IMG/VR virus record: IMGVR_UViG_3300017917_001123
Coordinates: 124,001-188,000 of that record
Length of the DNA stretch: 64,000 nt
Strand: one strand, 5' to 3'
Part shown: positions 8,595 through 16,647 of the stretch, in pieces
How positions within the stretch are numbered: position 1 is the stretch's first letter
Layout of the letters: every line of letters begins with the position of its first letter
Made by a program: the position numbers and the translations under genes
Notes under the pieces: generated by a model
The model's input: only the letters and a program-made list of their open reading frames with translations
Told to the model about the DNA's origin: nothing
The model's database searches: none

Positions 8595-8600
8595 TAAATA
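8595..8600 (+). promoter_or_regulatory. Late promoter TAAATA (near-leaderless transcript)
   Basis: 7 nt upstream of the ATG at 8608; no SD. Confidence 0.6.
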
Positions 8601-8607
8601 ATAGACT

Positions 8608-8850
8608 ATGTTGTTAAACGAATTCATTTATTTTTCAAAAGATCAAGAAGAAATGGAAGACAAGGGTCGTTATGATCCTATTAAAGACACGTCTGTAATT
8701 AAAGCAACTGATCTAAGAAAGACTCGTTTAACCTTACGTATGCTTAACGATCTACGTAAAGCTGGCGATGCTCGCGAAAGAGAAACGCAAGAAAATCTAG
8801 TTATTGTTAAGCAAATGTACGCAATGCCGACTGAAGAACCGGCGGCATAA
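8608..8850 (+). CDS. Small head-module protein, 80 aa
   Basis: Between portal and core genes; own late promoter; N-terminus MLLNEF. Confidence 0.75.
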   Translation: MLLNEFIYFSKDQEEMEDKGRYDPIKDTSVIKATDLRKTRLTLRMLNDLRKAGDARERETQENLVIVKQMYAMPTEEPAA

Positions 8851-8988
8851 TAACACATAGTTTAACTTGTTTTTTCTAAAGTTAAATATTTTAGACAAAA
8901 ACACTTCAAATCTGAACCAAACTGGTTCTGTCTCCTGCCAAAAATTGCGATTTTTGGCCTATTTCGTATAATTAAACAGTCGGTGCTG

Positions 8989-8994
8989 TAAATA
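8989..8994 (+). promoter_or_regulatory. Late promoter TAAATA for the core-protease-scaffold-capsid operon
   Basis: GTAAATAAAC upstream of SD AGGAG and the ATG at 9041. Confidence 0.7.
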
Positions 8995-9040
8995 AACGTG
9001 TATGTTTATTCCACCCTTGCCTTATAGGAGATAACCCACA

Positions 9041-9976
9041 ATGAATAAATTCGAACAATTACTTGACTACATTGTCAATGAAGAAAAAGAAAAGGCAGAA
9101 GAACTATTCCATGAAATTGTTGTTGAGAAATCACGCGATATCTACGAAAGTTTAATTGCTGAAGAAACCCAAGAAGACGTAGCAGAAGCATCTGAGGATG
9201 ACAAAGATGATGCTACAGAAGAAGCTGCACAATCTGACGAAGATGACGCAGTAGAAGAAGCTTTTGGTATGGACGACGAAGCTGGTGACGAAATGGGCGG
9301 TGACGCTACAGACGACCTAGCTGGTGATGTTGCTGCAGACGACGGCGCTGAAGATGAATTTGGCGGTGAAGAAGGCGGTGAAGAAGTTCCTGCTACAAAG
9401 GCTGATGTACAAGATTTAGAAGACGCACTTGACGAGTTAAAAGCTGAATTTGAACGTCTAATGGCTGGCGATGACGCTGGTTCAGAAGAAGGCGAAGAAG
9501 CTGGTGACGACATGGGCGGCGAAGAAGAAGCCGGTGAAGAAGACGAAGGCGGAGATGACGAAGAAGGTAAAAACCCATTCGAATCACGTCAAGTAACTCG
9601 CGAATACCGTGAAACAATTGGCAAGCCATATGGTTCAGGCAACGGCATTTCTAACAAGAATGAACAAGGTGACGGCAAAGCAGGTCCGATCAACGCAAAT
9701 CCAAAAGATCGTCCAAGCTCAGGTGCTACAGCTAAGAACATCGCTCAAGGTGGTCAAGGCGGAGAAGGCATTAAAGGCGGAGAAGGTTTAGTAGGTAACG
9801 TTAAGGGCGAATTTACTAAAGGTGTAGAAAAGAACATTGCTTCTAGCAGTAAAGCTGGTATGAAGAGTGGTTCAACACTAGACGGTAAAGGCAAAGCCTA
9901 CGGCGCAGGTGGTGCAGCAACAAGCGAAACCGGTGCTGGTAACACTAAGTCTGTTGTAGATCATAAGATTGGTTAA
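9041..9976 (+). CDS. Highly acidic prohead core-like protein (gp67/gp68 position), 311 aa
   Basis: D/E/G-rich middle, Gly/Lys-rich C-terminus, directly upstream of the prohead protease. Confidence 0.7.
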   Translation: MNKFEQLLDYIVNEEKEKAEELFHEIVVEKSRDIYESLIAEETQEDVAEASEDDKDDATEEAAQSDEDDAVEEAFGMDDEAGDEMGGDATDDLAGDVAADDGAEDEFGGEEGGEEVPATKADVQDLEDALDELKAEFERLMAGDDAGSEEGEEAGDDMGGEEEAGEEDEGGDDEEGKNPFESRQVTREYRETIGKPYGSGNGISNKNEQGDGKAGPINANPKDRPSSGATAKNIAQGGQGGEGIKGGEGLVGNVKGEFTKGVEKNIASSSKAGMKSGSTLDGKGKAYGAGGAATSETGAGNTKSVVDHKIG

Positions 9977-9992
9977 TCAGGAATCGACCTAG

Positions 9993-10619
9993 ATGCAATT
10001 TTTAAGAGAACACCTAAGTTTTGATCAAGCTCAAGCGATCGTCGAGAGCGATGACAAAGAAGGCAAGAACCTTTACCTAAAGGGCATTGCTATTCAGGGT
10101 GGAATACGCAATCAAAACCAACGGGTATATCCGGTAAGGGAAATTGAAACTGCTGTCAAAACCCTCAATGATCAAATTCAAAATGGTTATAGTGTTCTTG
10201 GCGAAGTCGATCACCCAGATGATCTAAAAGTAAACTTGGACCGTGTATCGCATATGATTACTCAAATGTGGATGGACGGTCCAAATGGTTATGGAAAGAT
10301 GAAAATCCTTCCTACGCCAATGGGACAATTAATTCGCACAATGTTAGAAAGCGGTGTAAAACTTGGCGTCAGCTCACGCGGTAGCGGAAACGTTAACGAA
10401 GGTAGCGGCGAAGTGTCTGACTTTGAAATCATTACTGTGGATATTGTTGCTCAACCTAGTGCGCCTGGCGCATACCCAACACCAGTTTATGAGCATCTCA
10501 TGAACCATCGTGGTGGTTATCGTGCTATGCAAATTAGTAGAGAAGTGCAAAACGATCCTAAGGCACAGAAGCATCTCCGCGAGGCGATGTTAAACATAAT
10601 CAGTGGCCTTAAAGCCTAA
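9993..10619 (+). CDS. gp21: Prohead protease, 208 aa
   Basis: NQNQRVYP, LGEVDHP (catalytic His), GVSSRGSG (catalytic Ser), DIVAQPSAPGA. Confidence 0.96.
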   Translation: MQFLREHLSFDQAQAIVESDDKEGKNLYLKGIAIQGGIRNQNQRVYPVREIETAVKTLNDQIQNGYSVLGEVDHPDDLKVNLDRVSHMITQMWMDGPNGYGKMKILPTPMGQLIRTMLESGVKLGVSSRGSGNVNEGSGEVSDFEIITVDIVAQPSAPGAYPTPVYEHLMNHRGGYRAMQISREVQNDPKAQKHLREAMLNIISGLKA

Positions 10620-10629
10620 GGAGAAATAA

Positions 10630-11730
10630 ATGGACGCATTCAAGCAATTGGTTGAAAGTGGTATTATTAGCGAAGACGTTAAGACTGAGCTAGAATCTGC
10701 TTTTAATCAAAAGATTCAAGAGAATCGCGACCAAGTAACCGCTGAACTACGTGAGGAGTTTGCTCAACGCTATGAACACGATAAAGGTGTTATGGTAGAA
10801 GCACTCGACAAACTAGTTGGCGAACGCTTAGCCGCAGAGCTAGGAGAGTTTGTGCAAGACCGCAAGGCATTAGCAGAAGCTAAAGCTGAGTACAAGCGCA
10901 AGATGACATCTGATTCTAAAACAATGGAATCATTTGTTATGACTCAACTAGCAAAAGAATTAGTTGAATTCCAGAACGATCGCAAGACTGTTTCTGAGAA
11001 TTTTGCTAAGTTAGAACAGTTCGTTGTAACTGCTCTAGCAAAAGAAATCGGTGAATTTGCTCAGGACAAGAAGGAAGTAGTTGAAACTAAAGTTAAACTA
11101 GTTCGTGAAGCTAAAGCAAAATTTGCTGAAGTTAAGAAAGAATTCATTAAACGTGCAGCCGCACAAGTTAGCGAGACAGTAGCTCGTCAATTGAAATCAG
11201 AAATGAGTCAATTGAAAGAGGACATTGAAAGTGCTCGTACTAACAACTTCGGTCGTCGTATTTTTGAAGCATTTGCACAGGAGTTTCAACATTCTTACCT
11301 AAACGAGAAATCAGAGACATCACGTCTATTGAAGATCGTTGACAAGAAAGAACAAGAAATCGCCGAAGCACAGGAAGCTCTTAACCAGACTAAAGCATTG
11401 GTAGAAAGCAAAGAACGTGAAATCCGTATTGCTGCCGACCGTGCCCAACGTTCACAGGTTATGGGCGAACTATTAGCACCTCTAAGTGCTGAGAAAAGAG
11501 CTGTCATGAGCGAATTGTTAGAGTCTGTACAAACAGCAAAACTAGCAACCGCATTTGACAAATACCTACCCGCAGTAATGGAAGGCGGTGTTCGTAAGAG
11601 CAAGCAAGTAATTGCTGAATCTAAAGAACAACAATCCGAAGTAACCGGAGACCGCGAGGTAAAAAATCAGCCTGAGGTAGGCTTTGACAACATTGTAGAC
11701 ATCCGCAAGTTAGCGGGTCTAGCAAAGTAA
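10630..11730 (+). CDS. gp22: Prohead core scaffold protein, 366 aa
   Basis: Glu/Lys coiled coil between protease and capsid genes; GRRIFEAF motif. Confidence 0.85.
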   Translation: MDAFKQLVESGIISEDVKTELESAFNQKIQENRDQVTAELREEFAQRYEHDKGVMVEALDKLVGERLAAELGEFVQDRKALAEAKAEYKRKMTSDSKTMESFVMTQLAKELVEFQNDRKTVSENFAKLEQFVVTALAKEIGEFAQDKKEVVETKVKLVREAKAKFAEVKKEFIKRAAAQVSETVARQLKSEMSQLKEDIESARTNNFGRRIFEAFAQEFQHSYLNEKSETSRLLKIVDKKEQEIAEAQEALNQTKALVESKEREIRIAADRAQRSQVMGELLAPLSAEKRAVMSELLESVQTAKLATAFDKYLPAVMEGGVRKSKQVIAESKEQQSEVTGDREVKNQPEVGFDNIVDIRKLAGLAK

Positions 11731-11744
11731 ATTTTTAGGAGAAA

Positions 11745-12926
11745 ATGATGTCACAACTTCTGAACGAAAGATGGTCAGAAACCAAAGAAACCCTACTAGA
11801 GGGTCTATCAGGTAACCGTCGTAGTTCCATGGCAACTTGCTTGGAAAATACACGTAAGTACCTATCTGAAAGTGCTACTGCTGGTGCAACATCAGCTGGT
11901 AACATTGCAACACTTAACCGCGTGATTCTTCCAGTAATCCGTCGTGTTATGCCTACAGTTATTGCTAACGAAATCGTTGGCGTACAACCAATGACAGGTC
12001 CAGTTGGTCAAATCCATACTTTACGTGTCCGTTACGCTGACAACAGCAACGAAGTAACTGCAGGCGAAGAGGCACTAAGCCCATTCAAGATCGCTCAAGC
12101 ATATTCTGGTAACGACAATGCTTCTACACCACGTGCTGACACAACAGCCAAGTTAGAAGGTCAACCAGGTAAGCGCATGAGCATTCAAATCTTGAAGGCA
12201 CCAGTTGAAGCTAAGAGCCGCAAGCTATCAGCTCGCTGGACATTTGAGGCCGCTCAAGATGCACAAGCACAACAAGGTATCGATATCGAAGCAGAAATCA
12301 TGGCTGCTCTAGCACAAGAAATCACTGCTGAAATCGACCAAGAAATCCTAGCAAGCCTACGTGCTTTAGCTAGCGTCGAAGAAACATATGACCAGTCATT
12401 AGTTTCTGGTACAGCTACATTCGTTGGTGACGAACATGCCGCATTGGCAATTCAAATCAACCGTGTTGCTAACAAGATTGCACAACGCACACGTCGTGGT
12501 GCTGGTAACTGGGCTGTTGTTTCTGCGCAAGCATTGACAATTCTTCAGTCTGCTACAACATCAGCTTTCGCTCGTACTACAGAAGGTACTTTCGAAGCTC
12601 CAACAAACACTAAGTTCGTTGGTACACTAAACAACGCAATGCGTGTTTATGTTGACGCATACCTACCAGACACTGGTGCTGATGCTAACCAAGTTCTTAT
12701 TGGTTATAAGGGTCCAAGCGAAGCTGATGCTGCCGCTTTCTATTGCCCATATATTCCTCTAATGAGCTCTGGTGTTGTTCTTGATCCAGCAACATTCGAA
12801 CCAGTAGTTGGCTTCTTAACACGCTACGGCTATGTTGAGTTGACAAATACTGCTTCTTCTCTAGGTAACGCCGCTGACTATCTAGGCAAAGTATCTATTA
12901 CTTCTGCTAACGTTAGCTTCAAGTAA
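11745..12926 (+). CDS. gp23: Major capsid protein, 393 aa (start may be 11748)
   Basis: PVIRRVMPTVIANEIVGVQPMTGPVGQI, RKLSARWTFEAAQD, EAEIMAALAQEITAEIDQEI, FYCPYIPL, TRYG. Confidence 0.98.
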   Translation: MMSQLLNERWSETKETLLEGLSGNRRSSMATCLENTRKYLSESATAGATSAGNIATLNRVILPVIRRVMPTVIANEIVGVQPMTGPVGQIHTLRVRYADNSNEVTAGEEALSPFKIAQAYSGNDNASTPRADTTAKLEGQPGKRMSIQILKAPVEAKSRKLSARWTFEAAQDAQAQQGIDIEAEIMAALAQEITAEIDQEILASLRALASVEETYDQSLVSGTATFVGDEHAALAIQINRVANKIAQRTRRGAGNWAVVSAQALTILQSATTSAFARTTEGTFEAPTNTKFVGTLNNAMRVYVDAYLPDTGADANQVLIGYKGPSEADAAAFYCPYIPLMSSGVVLDPATFEPVVGFLTRYGYVELTNTASSLGNAADYLGKVSITSANVSFK

Positions 12927-12950
12927 TCCTAAGAGGGATCGCAATAAACA

Positions 12951-12976
12951 AAAAAGCCCACTTCGGTGGGCTTTTT
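12951..12976 (+). terminator. Intrinsic terminator after the capsid gene
   Basis: AAAAAGCCCAC-TTCG-GTGGGCTTTTT with a cUUCGg tetraloop. Confidence 0.92.
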
Positions 12977-12988
12977 GTTTGACTGAAG

Positions 12989-13041
12989 TAAATAAACTTA
13001 CCATGCTAACCAAGAGGAGGTCCAACCGCTTGGCGCAGGTA
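12989..13041 (+). promoter_or_regulatory. Late promoter TAAATA plus 5' leader hairpin
   Basis: TAAATA 12989-12994, then nested arms TACC/GGTA, TGC/GCA, CCAAG/CTTGG (12999-13041), then SD AAGGAG. Confidence 0.6.
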
Positions 13042-13057
13042 TAACAAGGAGATTAAA

Positions 13058-13462
13058 ATGGGACGTCCATTAGAAAAAAGACAATTTGGTAATACATCAG
13101 GATCTGGCGAACAGATTCAAGTAACAGCATACATTCCAGCGGCTAACGGCGGTGTCGCAGCCAAAACTGGATACATCAACAGACAAAAGAACGATACACG
13201 TTTTAATGTTACAACAGCCGACGGTACAGGTGTTTGCTCACTAACTACTGGAACTGTGACAGCAGGTTTAATGAGTATTGGCGGAGTTGATTCTGCTGGT
13301 AACAGCTACTTAGTTTCAAAGATTAGCGGACGCACAGCAACCGTTCATCGTGTAGCTGGCGGTTCTAATTATAAATTTGCCGACGGTGAAAAAGCACCTT
13401 GGTTGATTGGTGGAGCAACTCTACCATCAGGTGGCGAATGTATTGATCTAGGAAGTGCTTAA
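13058..13462 (+). CDS. Hypothetical virion protein, 134 aa (candidate capsid decoration protein)
   Basis: Monocistronic late unit right after the capsid gene with strong SD and its own terminator; Gly/Thr-rich beta character. Confidence 0.7.
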   Translation: MGRPLEKRQFGNTSGSGEQIQVTAYIPAANGGVAAKTGYINRQKNDTRFNVTTADGTGVCSLTTGTVTAGLMSIGGVDSAGNSYLVSKISGRTATVHRVAGGSNYKFADGEKAPWLIGGATLPSGGECIDLGSA

Positions 13463-13464
13463 TT

Positions 13465-13492
13465 AAAGGGCTCTTAGGAGCCCTTTATTTTT
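13465..13492 (+). terminator. Intrinsic terminator
   Basis: AAAGGGCTC-TTAG-GAGCCCTTT-ATTTTT. Confidence 0.85.
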
Positions 13493-13759
13493 ATGAAGAT
13501 AGAAAATAGTTTAGATTGGCCTAAAGTAGAACAAGAGCTAATAAAGCTAGGAAATTTACTACCATCATTTAGGCATGATATAAAAAGAGTCTGCGATAAT
13601 GTTCGCGGAGAAATTACTACTCTAAGCAAATTAGAAGTAGAACACAGACGTTTACATAGCAATAGAACTGCTAAAGATTGTCAACAGCAAATAGATAAAA
13701 TCAACGAAATCCTAAAGACAGTTTCAAAATTTCACTTAATGGCCCTGCTAGCCCAGTAA
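13493..13759 (+). CDS. Hypothetical helical protein, 88 aa
   Basis: Fills the gap between the terminator and the next promoter; plausible helical sequence; no clear SD. Confidence 0.65.
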   Translation: MKIENSLDWPKVEQELIKLGNLLPSFRHDIKRVCDNVRGEITTLSKLEVEHRRLHSNRTAKDCQQQIDKINEILKTVSKFHLMALLAQ

Positions 13760-13761
13760 GG

Positions 13762-13767
13762 TAAATA
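13762..13767 (+). promoter_or_regulatory. Late promoter TAAATA (leaderless transcript)
   Basis: 5 nt upstream of the ATG at 13773; no SD. Confidence 0.6.
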
Positions 13768-13772
13768 CTGGC

Positions 13773-14435
13773 ATGCCGCAGATTTATTCCCCACGAACTA
13801 TTGTCCAATACGCCGAATATCCAGAAACAGATGTTAGCTGGTCAAACAATCAGTCTGATTCTACTATTATTACCACCCCTGATTATAACTTAGCCAATCC
13901 AAACACTGGCGCAGGCAATAAAAACATTATACAATCTTTAAGAAATCTAACACATATACCTAATCCAACTCGTGGGCCAAAGCTGGATAAAACGTATTAT
14001 TTGAAGTGTACAAATTTTAATATTCAAAATTTGCCAGCAACAATCACAGGAATATCTGTAACAATTAACGCACAGCGTTATGGAAGAATAGTTGACGAAA
14101 CAATTTGTCTAGTACATAACGATCAAGTTATTAGCAATAATAAAACAAATCTCCAGGCTCTAAGAGAAGGGCATTTACGTAATGACAACGATCAAACATA
14201 CGGCGGAGAGAATGATTTATGGGGAGCAGAATTAACTAAACAAATGCTTGAAGATGAGAGCTTTGGGCTTTTACTACGATTTTCTAGCAACCCACTGTAT
14301 CCTCACAGAGATACAATAGAGCTTTATAGGATTATTCTAACAGTCCATCCTAATAATATATTTGTATTTGATCAAGGATCGGATATTGAATTTATTACTG
14401 AAGAGGATCCTAGCGACTATTTTAGTGTAGAATAA
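13773..14435 (+). CDS. Hypothetical beta-rich protein, possibly jelly-roll/lectin-like, 220 aa
   Basis: Alternating beta-strand pattern; TYGGENDLWG motif; late promoter. Confidence 0.65.
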   Translation: MPQIYSPRTIVQYAEYPETDVSWSNNQSDSTIITTPDYNLANPNTGAGNKNIIQSLRNLTHIPNPTRGPKLDKTYYLKCTNFNIQNLPATITGISVTINAQRYGRIVDETICLVHNDQVISNNKTNLQALREGHLRNDNDQTYGGENDLWGAELTKQMLEDESFGLLLRFSSNPLYPHRDTIELYRIILTVHPNNIFVFDQGSDIEFITEEDPSDYFSVE

Positions 14436-14439
14436 CAAA

Positions 14440-14455
14440 TAAATAAAGCATAAAG
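14440..14455 (+). promoter_or_regulatory. Late promoter TAAATAAAGCATAAAG
   Basis: TAAATA upstream of SD AAGGA; the 16-mer is identical to 34753-34768. Confidence 0.7.
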
Positions 14456-14466
14456 GATTCTAAACT

Positions 14467-15492
14467 ATGTCTACTAATGTTGTTCGCGTACCAGGCGACT
14501 ATAAAATTGAAACAAAGCAGAACGGAAGAATTACCCTCGATACGGGTATAAACACTGGTACGGTTGTAATTACTGGTAGCTTAGACGTTCGCGGTACAAC
14601 AACAGTAGTTCAGGCAACAAACGCAAGTATTAAAGATAATACGCTAGTTCTTAACGCAGGTGAAACAAACAGCTACGTTACACTAGATACATCGGGTATT
14701 ATTATTGATCGCGGTAATAACGCAAGTTTGTCAAATGCGGCAAGCATCTTATATAACGATGCGGCAGGAGTTGACGGATTTACTTGGCGAACAACTGACA
14801 TTAGCCAACGTGGTATTTTTGAATTTAAAGTAGCAGGTAATACATCTGCTATTCGTGTTAACGCAATTCGTGTTGATGAAAACACAGCACCTCGAGTAGG
14901 CGGTTATCCTCGTTTAAACATTTTTGGTTCTGACAATCCGGCAACAGTTATTTCTGTAGCAGGTACGCTAAACTATGAAGATCGTGTTATTGATGACGAT
15001 GATATTCCAAACAAAGCATACGTTGATATCGCTGTTCAAACAGCCCAAACTACTGCTAACGTTCAAAAGATTGTTCAACAACAAACAAGTATTGGAGCTT
15101 ATGATAGTTCGCAGGGTGGATATCAAGGCAGTAACATTAGTGAAGTTGTAGTAGAATTCACTACAGGTATTCCGACTGTAAGATTTACTCCGGTATCTGT
15201 TAACTTTGGTGATAGCATCATTTTAACAGAAGGTACAATTACTCGTGCCGATCCAACAAGCGCCAACGCAAACTTGTTCTTAGAACCAAAAGGCAACGGC
15301 AGCGTTGTTGTTCGTAAAGCATTACAATTAACAGATCAAGCAATTCCTCCAACTCCACCAGCAAACGGAACAGCATTATATACAACCGGAGTCGTAGGCC
15401 CAGGTGGCACAGGAATTTATTACGTAAATAATCAAATACAAGGAGAATTTATTTCTCGTAAACGAGCAATCATTTACGGGCTAATATTTTAA
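14467..15492 (+). CDS. Virion structural / fibre-associated protein, 341 aa
   Basis: IKDNTLVLNAG...SGIIIDRG module related to modules in the giant fibres; DDDIPNKAYVD (xATKxYVD-like) motif. Confidence 0.7.
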   Translation: MSTNVVRVPGDYKIETKQNGRITLDTGINTGTVVITGSLDVRGTTTVVQATNASIKDNTLVLNAGETNSYVTLDTSGIIIDRGNNASLSNAASILYNDAAGVDGFTWRTTDISQRGIFEFKVAGNTSAIRVNAIRVDENTAPRVGGYPRLNIFGSDNPATVISVAGTLNYEDRVIDDDDIPNKAYVDIAVQTAQTTANVQKIVQQQTSIGAYDSSQGGYQGSNISEVVVEFTTGIPTVRFTPVSVNFGDSIILTEGTITRADPTSANANLFLEPKGNGSVVVRKALQLTDQAIPPTPPANGTALYTTGVVGPGGTGIYYVNNQIQGEFISRKRAIIYGLIF

Positions 15493-15501
15493 GGATAGGA
15501 T

Positions 15502-15831
15502 ATGGCAATCACAAGTTCACAAGTTACAACATCTGGTAACCCACCAGTTCAAGTTTACGAATCTCAAGGACAAAATGCTATTACAAGCATGATGTTCTGT
15601 AATACAACAACAAACCAAACTGTAAACATTGACATCTACGTTGTTAGCGATGCTAGCGGCTTTGCTCCTGGCCCGCAAACTCAAATTTTAAAAGCAATTC
15701 CTATTCCTCCTGAAGAAACTTTTGTCATGGATACTGAAAAGTTTATCCTTGAAGATCTTGATGGTGTTTATGTTCGAGCCGATGTGCCAAACGCAATTAC
15801 AGTAACAGTGAGCTCAGTGAGCACAGCATAA
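15502..15831 (+). CDS. Small beta-sandwich-like virion protein, 109 aa; paralogue of 27439-27825
   Basis: VYES...AITSMMFCN...IPPEETFVMD.EKFILE..D.V pattern shared with the 128-aa ORF. Confidence 0.7.
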   Translation: MAITSSQVTTSGNPPVQVYESQGQNAITSMMFCNTTTNQTVNIDIYVVSDASGFAPGPQTQILKAIPIPPEETFVMDTEKFILEDLDGVYVRADVPNAITVTVSSVSTA

Positions 15832-16544
15832 TGAGATACGTAAAACGTTTAAATTTAGATAGACAAAATCCTGTAGATTCTACTTGGGCAGTTGAAGCTG
15901 ACGGTAGAATTGTAACAGATAGCGTTGCTGAAATGCAATTACCTAAAGGTTCAACAGCTCAAAGAGTTGAGCCGTACAATAACGGTCAAATCCGTTACAA
16001 TACAGATGTCCATGAACTCGAAGCTTATATTAATGGACAATGGGAGTTGTTAAGAACTCGACGCCAGGGCAATATCACATTCCAAACTATCGCAACTGGA
16101 AACTATGTAAACTCAATCTTTGGTCCACTAAGCTATAGACAAGACCCAAATAAGCCACAGAATGTTTTTGTTTTTGTAGAAAACGTTTATCAAGTTCCAT
16201 CTATAAACTACAATTTAATAAATGATCCAACTGTTTCAAAATCAACTGTTGGTGTTACAAACCCAGGTGTTACAGTTTTAAACATTGACGACAAAGATGA
16301 TATTAATGTTGGACAAATTGTATCTGGAGACGTAAGTATTGCTCCGGGAACTTCTGTTGTATCTATTAGCACTACAACTAATGCTGTGACTTTAAGCGCG
16401 GCAACCTTAGGTACTATTCAAGCCGGCGTAACTGTTAACTTTGCTTTTAGTACTGGTACCTATGTTTCCTTTACCAGTGCTCCTCCCGAAAAACCAATCT
16501 ACGCATTGAACGGATTTGACGGCTACTTCCCTCCTTTTATCTAA
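15831..16544 (+). CDS. Virion structural / baseplate-associated protein, 237 aa
   Basis: LPKGSTAQR...GQIRYNTDVHELEAYINGQW motif common in myophage virion proteins; VFVFVENVYQVP. Confidence 0.7.
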   Translation: MRYVKRLNLDRQNPVDSTWAVEADGRIVTDSVAEMQLPKGSTAQRVEPYNNGQIRYNTDVHELEAYINGQWELLRTRRQGNITFQTIATGNYVNSIFGPLSYRQDPNKPQNVFVFVENVYQVPSINYNLINDPTVSKSTVGVTNPGVTVLNIDDKDDINVGQIVSGDVSIAPGTSVVSISTTTNAVTLSAATLGTIQAGVTVNFAFSTGTYVSFTSAPPEKPIYALNGFDGYFPPFI

Positions 16545-16550
16545 TATAGG

Positions 16551-16647
16551 TAAATAACTGTGATGCCGCGTTTCGGCAGAACATACTGTGGTAAACCCGC
16601 AATGTAAGGTGGTTATCCGTGAAACACGGTGGATATGAGGAGCTAGT
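16551..16647 (+). promoter_or_regulatory. Late promoter followed by an ~85-nt structured 5' leader (three hairpins) upstream of the 3591-aa gene
   Basis: TAAATA 16551-16556; TGCCG/CGGCA 16564-16578; ACAT..TGTGG/CCGCA.ATGT 16581-16605; CCGTG-AAA-CACGG 16617-16629; SD GAGGAG 16637-16642. Confidence 0.6.
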
